Shown here one piece after another: positions 56,505 through 64,000 of a stretch of DNA of 64,000 nucleotides (positions are counted from its first letter, which is position 1; every line of letters starts with the position of its first letter). Made by a program: the position numbers and the translations under genes. The DNA is from Acidimicrobiales bacterium (GTDB lineage Bacteria; Actinomycetota; Acidimicrobiia; Acidimicrobiales; Bog-793), in the NCBI GenBank assembly GCA_050015475.1, contig JBEKBI010000011.1:8135-72134 (forward strand), read 5' to 3'. The notes under the pieces were generated by a model, which was given only the letters and a program-made list of their open reading frames with translations, searched no databases and was not told the origin of the DNA.

Positions 56505-57626
56505 TCAAGTGATGGCGAGCATGCGCTCCAGGGCGATGCGGGCGTCCTCAGCGGTCGTTTCGTCGACGACGATGCGGTTGCGGACCTCGCCGGTGGCGAG
56601 CCCATCTAGCGCCCAGGCGAGGTGGGGGAGGTCGATGCGAGACATCGTCGAGCAGGGGCACACGAGCGGGTCGAGCGAGACCACCGTCCGGTCCGGGTGC
56701 TGCTTGGCGAGCCGGTCCACGAGATGGATCTCGGTACCGACGGCGATGGCCGAGCCAGCAGGGGCCTCCGCCACGGCCCGGATGATGAAGTCCGTCGAGC
56801 CGACCTGGTCGGAGAGCTCGACGACTTCGTGCGAGCACTCGGGATGCACGATCACTATGCCGTCGGGATGCTCTGAGCGGAAGGCCTCGATCTGACCGGG
56901 CAAGAAGCGCATGTGCACTGAGCAGTGGCCCTTCCAGAGCAGGAAGGTGGCCTGCTTGACCTGAGCGTCCTCGAGGCCTCCGAGCCGTTTGCTCGGGTCG
57001 ACGACCTGCATGTCGGAGGGGGAATAGCCGAGCTGGATGCCGGTATTGCGGCCAAGGTGCTGGTCGGGGAAGAAAAGGACCTTCTCGCCCCGCGCTCCGG
57101 GCTTGGCGGGCCCACTGGCCCCGAGCGCCCAAGTGAGCACCTTGCGGGCGTTCGAGGACGTGCAAACGGCCCCGGCGTTGCGGCCGACGAAGGCCTTGAT
57201 CGCTGCCGTCGAGTTCATGTAGGTGATGGGCACGACCGCTTCGATATCGGTCACCTGCGCCAACTCGTCCCAGATCTGTTCGACGTCCTCGAGGTCCGCC
57301 ATGTCCGCCATCGAGCAGCCGGCGTTCAGGTCGGGCAGGATCACCTGCTGGCGAGGCTCGGTGAGGATGTCTGCCGATTCGGCCATGAAGTGGACCCCGC
57401 AGAAGACGACGAACTCGGCCTCGCGCTGGTCGGCGGCGTAGCGGGACAGCGCGAAGGAGTCGCCCCTTTTGTCAGCGAACTGGATCACTTCCTCGCGCTG
57501 GTAATGGTGCCCGAGGATGACAAGGCGCTTGCCCAGCTTTGTGCGGGCGTCTTGGACGCGTCGGGCGAGCTCATCTGCGGATGCCGTCGTGTACTCGTCG
57601 GGAAGAGGGGGTTGCAGGCTCAGCAT
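56505..57626 (-). CDS. nadA: quinolinate synthase
   Basis: Full-length NadA-like ORF (ILGHHYQ, VHFMAESA, CSMADM, VHPECSHEV, CPCSTMSRI). Start is ATG 57626. Confidence 0.9.
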   Translation of the reverse strand: MLSLQPPLPDEYTTASADELARRVQDARTKLGKRLVILGHHYQREEVIQFADKRGDSFALSRYAADQREAEFVVFCGVHFMAESADILTEPRQQVILPDLNAGCSMADMADLEDVEQIWDELAQVTDIEAVVPITYMNSTAAIKAFVGRNAGAVCTSSNARKVLTWALGASGPAKPGARGEKVLFFPDQHLGRNTGIQLGYSPSDMQVVDPSKRLGGLEDAQVKQATFLLWKGHCSVHMRFLPGQIEAFRSEHPDGIVIVHPECSHEVVELSDQVGSTDFIIRAVAEAPAGSAIAVGTEIHLVDRLAKQHPDRTVVSLDPLVCPCSTMSRIDLPHLAWALDGLATGEVRNRIVVDETTAEDARIALERMLAIT

Positions 57627-57754
57627 GGAGTAGCTCCCTGAGGAACGCTTCGCTGATCGACCGGCGAGGACAGCCTGGTCGCCCATCGCGGGTATGTCGG
57701 CCTCGAAGCGAATATGTCAGCCGGGATACCAGGCCGGCCGTAACCTGCACTCTA

Positions 57755-59641
57755 GTGCTCGAACGTCCGCAATCGATCCCAGACGCCCCCGGCTCGTACC
57801 AGTTCAAGGACGAGACCGGGCGGATCATCTATGTCGGGAAGGCGCTTTCCCTGCGTAGCCGCCTCTCGAACTACTTCCAGGACCCGGCCCGCCTCCACCC
57901 GCGCACGGCCCAGATGATGGAGCGGGCCGCGTCGGTCGAGTGGATCGTCGTCGCGAGCGACGTCGAGGCGATCATGCTCGAGTACAACCTCATCAAGGCA
58001 CACCGCCCCCGCTTCAACATCCGCCTCGTGGACGACAAGAGCTACCCGTACCTGGCGGTCACAGTGGGAGAGGAGTGGCCGAAGGCGACTGTCATGCGGG
58101 GGGCGAAGCGCAAGGACACCCGCTATTTCGGCCCCTATGCGCATGCGCACGCGATCCGCGAGACCCTCGATCTGTTGCTCCGCTCCTTCCCGATCCGAAC
58201 GTGCTCGGACGCCAAGTTCCGGCGCCACCAGCTCCTGGGAAGGCCCTGCCTGCTCTACGACATCGAGCGCTGCACGGGGCCGTGCGTGGGGGCGATCGGG
58301 TCCGAGGACTATCGGACGCTCGTGGCCGAGCTGATGGACTTCCTGGATGGTGACATCAAGCCCATCGTGGACCGCCTCGAGGCCGAGATGCGCCAAGCCT
58401 CCGGTGAACTCGAGTTTGAGCGCGCGGCGAGACTCCGCGACCGGCTCACCTCGGTTCGCCTGGCTGTCGAGCGCCAGCAAATGGTCACCGAAAGACCTGA
58501 GAACCTGGACGCCATCGGCATAGCCGAGGACGAGCTTGTCGCCGCCGTCCAGGTCTTCCATGTCCGCCGCGGCCGCGTGGTGGGTCGCCACGGCTTCATC
58601 GTGGAGAAGGTTGAGCCGCTCACGACGCCACAGCTCATAGGGCGGGTCATCGAGCAGCACTACGCGGAGACGCCCATCGGTATCCCTGGCGAGCTGCTGG
58701 TTCCCGAGCTGCCGGAGGAAATGGGCACGCACGAGGAATGGCTCGCGGGCCTGCGCGGCGGCAAGGTCTCAGTCAAGGTGCCCGTGCGGGGCCGCAAACG
58801 CGAGCTGCTCGCCACGGCGCGAAACAACGCCGAGGAGCAGTTGCGTCGCCACCATCTCAGGCGGGCGAGCGACCTTTCGAGCCGGGCCGCGGGCATCGAG
58901 GAGCTCCGGCTGGCGCTCGGTCTCGCCACGGCACCGCTCCGCATCGAGTGCTACGACATGAGCCATCTGCAAGGCACCGACTATGTGGGCTCGATGGTCG
59001 TGCTCGAGGACGGGTTGCCCAAGCCAAGCGATTACAGGCGCTTCAAGGTGTCGGCGGTCCAGGGCAACGACGACTACGGTGCGATGCACGAGGTGCTCAC
59101 GCGACGTTTGCTCCGGCTCAAAGAGCCTCCGCCATCGACCGGCGAAGAGCCGGACGGCCACCGGCGACGCGGGCCGCGCTTCGCCTACCCGCCTCAGCTC
59201 CTCCTGCTTGACGGCGGCAAGGGCCAGCTCGGAGTGGGTGTGGCCGTACTCGAAGAGCTCGGCCTTACCGACGAGATCGCGGTGGCTTCCCTGGCAAAGC
59301 AGCTCGAGGAGGTCTTCGTTCCCGGCAATCCGGACGCGGTCAGGATCCGCCGCGACAGCGAGGCGATCTACCTGTTGCAACAGGCCCGTGACGAGGCGCA
59401 CCGCTTCGCCATCGGGTACCACCGCCAGCTGCGGGGAAAGCGAATGACTCGCGGTGCCCTCGACGGCATCGCCGGGCTCGGGCCTTCCCGCAAGCGCAGA
59501 CTGATCGCCGAGCTCGGCGGCGTGCGGGCGGTCCAGTCGGCTTCGGAGAGCGACCTCGCCGAGCTGAGCTGGCTGCCCGATGACGTTGCCGGTGCTGTCT
59601 ACGCGCACCTGCACGCACGCAAAGCGAGCAAGGCCGAGTGA
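57755..59641 (+). CDS. uvrC: excinuclease ABC subunit C
   Basis: GIY-YIG N-terminus (PGSYQFKDETGRIIYVGKA), UVR motif (FERAARLRDRL) and a C-terminal RNase H-like/HhH region. Start is GTG 57755. Confidence 0.9.
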   Translation: MLERPQSIPDAPGSYQFKDETGRIIYVGKALSLRSRLSNYFQDPARLHPRTAQMMERAASVEWIVVASDVEAIMLEYNLIKAHRPRFNIRLVDDKSYPYLAVTVGEEWPKATVMRGAKRKDTRYFGPYAHAHAIRETLDLLLRSFPIRTCSDAKFRRHQLLGRPCLLYDIERCTGPCVGAIGSEDYRTLVAELMDFLDGDIKPIVDRLEAEMRQASGELEFERAARLRDRLTSVRLAVERQQMVTERPENLDAIGIAEDELVAAVQVFHVRRGRVVGRHGFIVEKVEPLTTPQLIGRVIEQHYAETPIGIPGELLVPELPEEMGTHEEWLAGLRGGKVSVKVPVRGRKRELLATARNNAEEQLRRHHLRRASDLSSRAAGIEELRLALGLATAPLRIECYDMSHLQGTDYVGSMVVLEDGLPKPSDYRRFKVSAVQGNDDYGAMHEVLTRRLLRLKEPPPSTGEEPDGHRRRGPRFAYPPQLLLLDGGKGQLGVGVAVLEELGLTDEIAVASLAKQLEEVFVPGNPDAVRIRRDSEAIYLLQQARDEAHRFAIGYHRQLRGKRMTRGALDGIAGLGPSRKRRLIAELGGVRAVQSASESDLAELSWLPDDVAGAVYAHLHARKASKAE

Positions 59642-60390
59642 GCGCGACCGTCGATCCCTGGGAGCGCCACGCCAATTGGTGGCGTGAAACCTTCACGCAC
59701 GGCGCGGACATCGAGTACGAGCTCCAGATCCTCCCGCTTTGCTCGGCCCACCTCGAGGGGGCGTCGGTGATCCTCGACCTCGGCAGCGGAGAGGGCCAGC
59801 TGGCCCGGCGCCTGGCGGTCGCGACCGGGGCCCCCCGGTTGGTGGTGGGCCTCGAGCCGTCGGTTGCCCAGCTCGCGAACGCCGTTGAGCAAGCGGGCGG
59901 GCCGCTTTACGTGCGCGGCGTCGGCGAGCGCCTTCCTTTCCCGGACGCCTCGTTCGACGGCGTCGTGTGTTGCGGGGTGATAGAGCACTGCAGCGACCCC
60001 GACGCAGTGCTGGCCGAGGCGGTTCGCGTGCTGGCGCCGGGCGGCTGCCTCCTCCTCCTTATCAATCACCCGCTGTTCCAGGGGACTGGGAGCGGGCTCA
60101 TCGACGACGAGATCCTGGGCGAGCAGTACTGGCGCGTCGGCCCGTATCTCAGGGAGCAGGTCGCCTACGAAGAGGTCGACCCCGGCATACGCCTGCCCTT
60201 CGCCCATCGACCGCTGTCGCGTTACGTCAACCCCGTCACCGCCCTCGGCTGTGTGCTGACGCGCCTCGAAGAGCCGGAGCCGCCGCTCGAGTTCCTCGAC
60301 GGCTCGATCGACCTCGAGCTCGAATCGGCCATTCCCCGGCTGCTTCTCCTCCGATTTGAGCGGTTGCGTGAGATGAACATGGGAAGATAG
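59638..60390 (+). CDS. class I SAM-dependent methyltransferase
   Basis: Motif I ILDLGSGEGQLARRLA, with FDGVVCCGVIEH and LAPGGCLLLL. The GTG overlaps the uvrC stop. Confidence 0.8.
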   Translation: MSATVDPWERHANWWRETFTHGADIEYELQILPLCSAHLEGASVILDLGSGEGQLARRLAVATGAPRLVVGLEPSVAQLANAVEQAGGPLYVRGVGERLPFPDASFDGVVCCGVIEHCSDPDAVLAEAVRVLAPGGCLLLLINHPLFQGTGSGLIDDEILGEQYWRVGPYLREQVAYEEVDPGIRLPFAHRPLSRYVNPVTALGCVLTRLEEPEPPLEFLDGSIDLELESAIPRLLLLRFERLREMNMGR

Positions 60391-60395
60391 GGCCG

Positions 60396-61250
60396 ATGGC
60401 CGAGTACTTGATTCTTGTCGGCATGTCCGGGGCGGGACGCTCCACGGCGGCGGCCACGTTCGAGGACCGGGGCTGGTTCGTCATCGACAATCTGCCGCCG
60501 GCGCTCATCGGCAAGATCGCCGAGCTGACTGGACAGGCGGGCGCCGAGTACGAGCGAATCTGCCTGGTGTCCGGACGCGGCGGCTACGAGGGCATCGCCG
60601 AGCTCGCTCCGGAGATCCGCAACCTGCGCTCCACCGGCGCCAGGGTGCGGGTGGTCTTCCTCGATGCCCCCGACGAAGTCCTCGTCAGGCGCTACGAGGG
60701 CACGCGGCGCCGCCATCCCGTCGAGGCCACGAGCGTGCTCGCCGCCATCCAGCACGAGCGCGAGATGCTCGGGGTCCTGCACGACGAAGCGGACGTGGTC
60801 GTCGACACCGGGGACCTGAACGTGCACGACCTCCGGGACCGCCTGATCGAGCTTGTCGACGGCGTCGGCTCCTCGGGCGGCATGCAGATCGCGGTCGTGT
60901 CCTTCGGGTTCAAGCACGGCTTGCCGCTCGACGTCGACCTCGTGTTCGACTGCCGCTTTCTGCCAAATCCCCATTGGGTCCCGAGCCTCCGCAACCTGAG
61001 CGGTCTCGACGCGGACGTCCGCGATTACGTCCTCCAGAACTCGGAGACCCAGGAGCTGCTTCGCCGCCTCGACGACCTGTTCGGCCTGCTCCTGCCCGCG
61101 TACGCCCGCGAAGGCAAGTCGTACCTGTCGATCGCCATCGGCTGCACCGGAGGACGCCATCGCTCGGTCGTGCTGGCCGAGGAGATCGCCGAGCGGATCC
61201 GCCAGCGAGGCTATGAGCCGGTCGTCCACCACCGGGACATCGAGAAGTGA
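60396..61250 (+). CDS. rapZ: RNase adapter protein RapZ (YvcJ family)
   Basis: LILVGMSGAGRSTAA P-loop, FVIDNLPP and CTGGRHRSV. Confidence 0.9.
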   Translation: MAEYLILVGMSGAGRSTAAATFEDRGWFVIDNLPPALIGKIAELTGQAGAEYERICLVSGRGGYEGIAELAPEIRNLRSTGARVRVVFLDAPDEVLVRRYEGTRRRHPVEATSVLAAIQHEREMLGVLHDEADVVVDTGDLNVHDLRDRLIELVDGVGSSGGMQIAVVSFGFKHGLPLDVDLVFDCRFLPNPHWVPSLRNLSGLDADVRDYVLQNSETQELLRRLDDLFGLLLPAYAREGKSYLSIAIGCTGGRHRSVVLAEEIAERIRQRGYEPVVHHRDIEK

Positions 61251-62164
61251 ACGGGTTGCCGGGCACTTTCGGCCCGAAAGTCGTCGCCATCGGGGGAGGG
61301 CACGGGCTCGCACAGACCCTGAGGGCTGCCCGGCTCTATGCCTCGGAGATAACCGCCATCGTCTCGGTGGCCGACGACGGCGGGTCGAGCGGGCGTCTTC
61401 GCGAGCAGCTCGGCATTCCCGCTCCAGGCGACTTGCGACGCTGCATAGGGGCGCTCTTGCCGGGACCCTCCGCGCTCGGCGACGCCCTCGAGCACCGCTT
61501 CGCCTCGGGGGAGCTGACCGGCCACGCCTTCGGCAACCTGCTCATCGCCGCCCTGGCGAGCACAACGGGCGACTTCGTCGCCGGCGTCGAGGAAGCCACG
61601 CGGCTGCTCGGGACTGTCGGACGAGTGCTCCCGGCCACGAAAGAGCCGGTGGTGTTGAAGGCCCAGACCGCCTCGGGAGAGCTGGTCGGCCAGGTGCTCA
61701 TCAACAAGGGCGGAGAGATAGCGACGGTGTCGCTCGTCCCGCCCGATCCGGCACCACCCGAGGCGGCACTCGAGGCCATCTCCCACGCGGACCAGATCGT
61801 GCTCGGGCCGGGGTCGCTGTTCACGAGCGTGCTCGCGGCCTGCGTCGTGCCGAAGTTTCGCGACGCCCTGGTGGCGGCGCAGGGCAAGCGAATCTATGTG
61901 GCGAACCTTCGCGAGCAGGTGCCGGAGACCTCCGGGTTCGACGTGGCAAGGCTCCTCGGGGCGGTGCGGGCACACGGGATCCCGGTCGATATCGTGGTTG
62001 CCGACGCAGAAGCCCTTTCGCTCGGCGAGATGCCGGACGACGTTCGTCTTGTTGTCGCGCACCTGGCGGGAGCGGGACTCCGCGAGCACGACCCAGAGCT
62101 GCTCGCCGGCGAGCTGGCCCGACTCGTCCCAGATGGGGCGCTTTGCAGCTCTGTCGGCGCGTGA
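61247..62164 (+). CDS. yvcK: YvcK/CofD-family gluconeogenesis factor
   Basis: VVAIGGGHGL and SVADDGGSSGRLR motifs. GTGA overlap with rapZ. Confidence 0.9.
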   Translation: MNGLPGTFGPKVVAIGGGHGLAQTLRAARLYASEITAIVSVADDGGSSGRLREQLGIPAPGDLRRCIGALLPGPSALGDALEHRFASGELTGHAFGNLLIAALASTTGDFVAGVEEATRLLGTVGRVLPATKEPVVLKAQTASGELVGQVLINKGGEIATVSLVPPDPAPPEAALEAISHADQIVLGPGSLFTSVLAACVVPKFRDALVAAQGKRIYVANLREQVPETSGFDVARLLGAVRAHGIPVDIVVADAEALSLGEMPDDVRLVVAHLAGAGLREHDPELLAGELARLVPDGALCSSVGA

Positions 62165-62231
62165 AGAAGAGTGTCGGCGGGATCTGCGCCGGCCGTGAAA
62201 CTGTTTCGGTAGACGGACTACGAGAGAGGCG

Positions 62232-63275
62232 ATGGAGTTGAGCGTTCGAGTCGGCATCAACGGTTTTGGGCGGATCGGGAGGAATTTCCTGCGTTCCGTT
62301 CTCGCTCTCGAGAAGGAGTCCGGCAAGCACTGCGGCGTAGAGGTCGTGGCGGTCAACGACCTCGTGTCGCGGGAAGCGAACGAGCACCTTTTACGCTACG
62401 ACTCGACGTTCGGCCGCTTGGGCGTCGAAGTCGTGCACACCGATCCCGGCTTCAGCGTCGGAGGCCGGGAGATCACCGTCTTCGAGGAGAAGGACCCGAA
62501 GGCGATCGGATGGGGCGGCCTCAAGGTGGACGTCGTGATCGAGTCCACTGGGCGCTTCACCTCGAGAGACGCCGCCGAAGGCCATCTCGAGGCAGGTGCG
62601 AAGCGCGTGATCATCTCCGCCCCGGCCAAGGACGCCGACGCGACCTTCGTCGTCGGCGTGAACGACGATGCCTTCGACCCCGGCAAGCACTTCGTGGTGT
62701 CGGCGGCGTCGTGCACGACGAACTGTCTCGTGCCGATGGTGAAGGTGCTCGAAGATGCTTTCGGCATCAACCAGGGTCTCATGACGACCGTCCACGCCTA
62801 CACGAACGACCAGTCAATACTTGACCTGGGTCGCGACAACCTGCGCCGGGCGAGGGCGGCAGCCGTCAACATCATCCCGTCCACCACGGGCGCGGCGCGG
62901 GCAACGAGCCTCGTCGTCGAGGCCATGAAAGGCCGGCTCGACGGCCAGTCCCTGAGGGTGCCGGTGCCGGACGGATCGATCACGGACCTCACTGCCGTTC
63001 TCGGTGCCAAGGTCGACGTCGGCGGGATCAACGCCGCTTTCAAGGCCGCCTCGCTCAGCGGACCGCTCAGTGAGGTCCTCATCTACAACGAGGACCAGAT
63101 CGTTTCCAGTGACATTGTGGGCTGCCCGGCCTCGTGTACGTTCGACGCCACCCTCACGATGGCGATAGCCATGGACGAGTCCACGACGCTCGCGAAGGTC
63201 ATGGGTTGGTACGACAACGAGTGGGGGTACTCCCACCGGCTCGTCGACCTTGCGCGCATCATCGGCCAGGCCTGA
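62232..63275 (+). CDS. gap: type I glyceraldehyde-3-phosphate dehydrogenase
   Basis: INGFGRIGR and the catalytic ASCTTNCLVP. Confidence 0.95.
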   Translation: MELSVRVGINGFGRIGRNFLRSVLALEKESGKHCGVEVVAVNDLVSREANEHLLRYDSTFGRLGVEVVHTDPGFSVGGREITVFEEKDPKAIGWGGLKVDVVIESTGRFTSRDAAEGHLEAGAKRVIISAPAKDADATFVVGVNDDAFDPGKHFVVSAASCTTNCLVPMVKVLEDAFGINQGLMTTVHAYTNDQSILDLGRDNLRRARAAAVNIIPSTTGAARATSLVVEAMKGRLDGQSLRVPVPDGSITDLTAVLGAKVDVGGINAAFKAASLSGPLSEVLIYNEDQIVSSDIVGCPASCTFDATLTMAIAMDESTTLAKVMGWYDNEWGYSHRLVDLARIIGQA

Positions 63276-63285
63276 GGGGGATCAC

Positions 63286-64000
63286 TTGATCAGGGGCATC
63301 CCGATCCTCGAGGACCTCGGCGACCTCGAGGGCAAGAGCGTCCTCGTCCGGGTCGATTTCAACGTCCCACTCAGCGAGACGATCTCGGGCGAGCGGGTCG
63401 TGGCCGACGACTTCAGGATCCGTGCCGCTCTCCCGACTCTGTTCTGGCTGCGCGACCACGGGGCTCGTGTCACCGCCTGTAGCCACCTCGGTCGTCCCAA
63501 GGGCAAGCCCGATCCCGAGTTCGACATGAGACCTGTCGCGGCGAGGCTCGCCGAGCTGATCGAGGGGGTGGATCTGCTCGAAAACCTTCGTTTTTCACCC
63601 GGCGAAGAGGCCAACGACCCGGACTTCGTCTCAAAGCTCGTGGAGGGCCACGACGCCTTTGTGAACGACGCCTTCGGCGCGTCGCATAGGGCGCACGCCT
63701 CGGTCGTGGGCCCGCCGAAGTACCTCCCTTCGGCCGCAGGACGGCTGATGGCCAAGGAGGTCGAGGTACTTACGGATCTTCTCGACTCGCCAGCGAGGCC
63801 GTTCGTTGCGGCCATCGGGGGCGCCAAGGTGACCGACAAGATGGGCGCGTTGCGGTCGCTCGCGGCCAAGGCCGACACCACCTTGATCGGCGGGGGGATG
63901 TCGTTCACGTTCTTGAAGGCGCTCGGCCACTCCATCGGGGCCTCGCTATGTGATCCGACCCATCTCGACGCCTGCGCCGAGCTGCTCGGCTCGCCCGCCC
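63286..64000 (+). CDS. pgk: phosphoglycerate kinase (5' partial; runs off the window)
   Basis: Absent from the ORF track because no stop falls inside the window. My translation from TTG 63286 (GAGGGGG SD upstream) gives LIRGIPILEDLGDLEGKSVLVRVDFNVPL...CSHLGRPKG...NDAFGASHRAHAS. Confidence 0.9.
   Translation, partial: MIRGIPILEDLGDLEGKSVLVRVDFNVPLSETISGERVVADDFRIRAALPTLFWLRDHGARVTACSHLGRPKGKPDPEFDMRPVAARLAELIEGVDLLENLRFSPGEEANDPDFVSKLVEGHDAFVNDAFGASHRAHASVVGPPKYLPSAAGRLMAKEVEVLTDLLDSPARPFVAAIGGAKVTDKMGALRSLAAKADTTLIGGGMSFTFLKALGHSIGASLCDPTHLDACAELLGSPA

Overview
This is a visibly high-G+C, actinobacterial-type chromosomal core segment (no exact G+C value was computed). It is almost entirely housekeeping genes in familiar synteny blocks. 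On the plus strand: rimP-nusA-ylxR, infB-rbfA-truB-ribF, def-fmt, rpe-mogA-ribD-ribBA-ribH, infC-rpmI-rplT-trmH-pheS-pheT, an ECF-type transporter, pdtaR-polA-rpsA, coaE-uvrB-uvrA, and uvrC-rapZ-yvcK-gap-pgk. On the minus strand there is a FAS-II operon (fabD-fabH-fabG-acpP-fabF) and one tRNA-Leu(CAA). Small accessory patches sit at 17.9-23.2 kb (GNAT, methyltransferases, MarR, iminopeptidase, HAD), 29.7-31.8 kb and 36.3-38.9 kb. I found no transposase, integrase, prophage, CRISPR array or recognisable defence or toxin system. I could not identify a convincing new multi-gene system. The observations most worth follow-up are six. (1) FabD carries a C-terminal, lysine-less biotinyl/lipoyl-like barrel, and an unknown ORF closes the fab operon. 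(2) The nusA-infB operon is split by an opposite-strand wHTH/acidic ORF, and a coding-like transmembrane ORF runs in frame into infB with no stop. (3) Several translation-factor genes (ylxR, rbfA, infC) have conserved N-termini that lack a nearby canonical start codon. (4) RibF has a degenerate riboflavin-kinase half, and the rib operon lacks ribE. (5) An ECF transporter has a membrane domain fused to tandem ATPases. (6) whiA is absent between yvcK and gap. Many long ORFs in the supplied track are antisense or off-frame artefacts typical of high-G+C DNA. All family assignments come from motif recognition by eye, not from searches.
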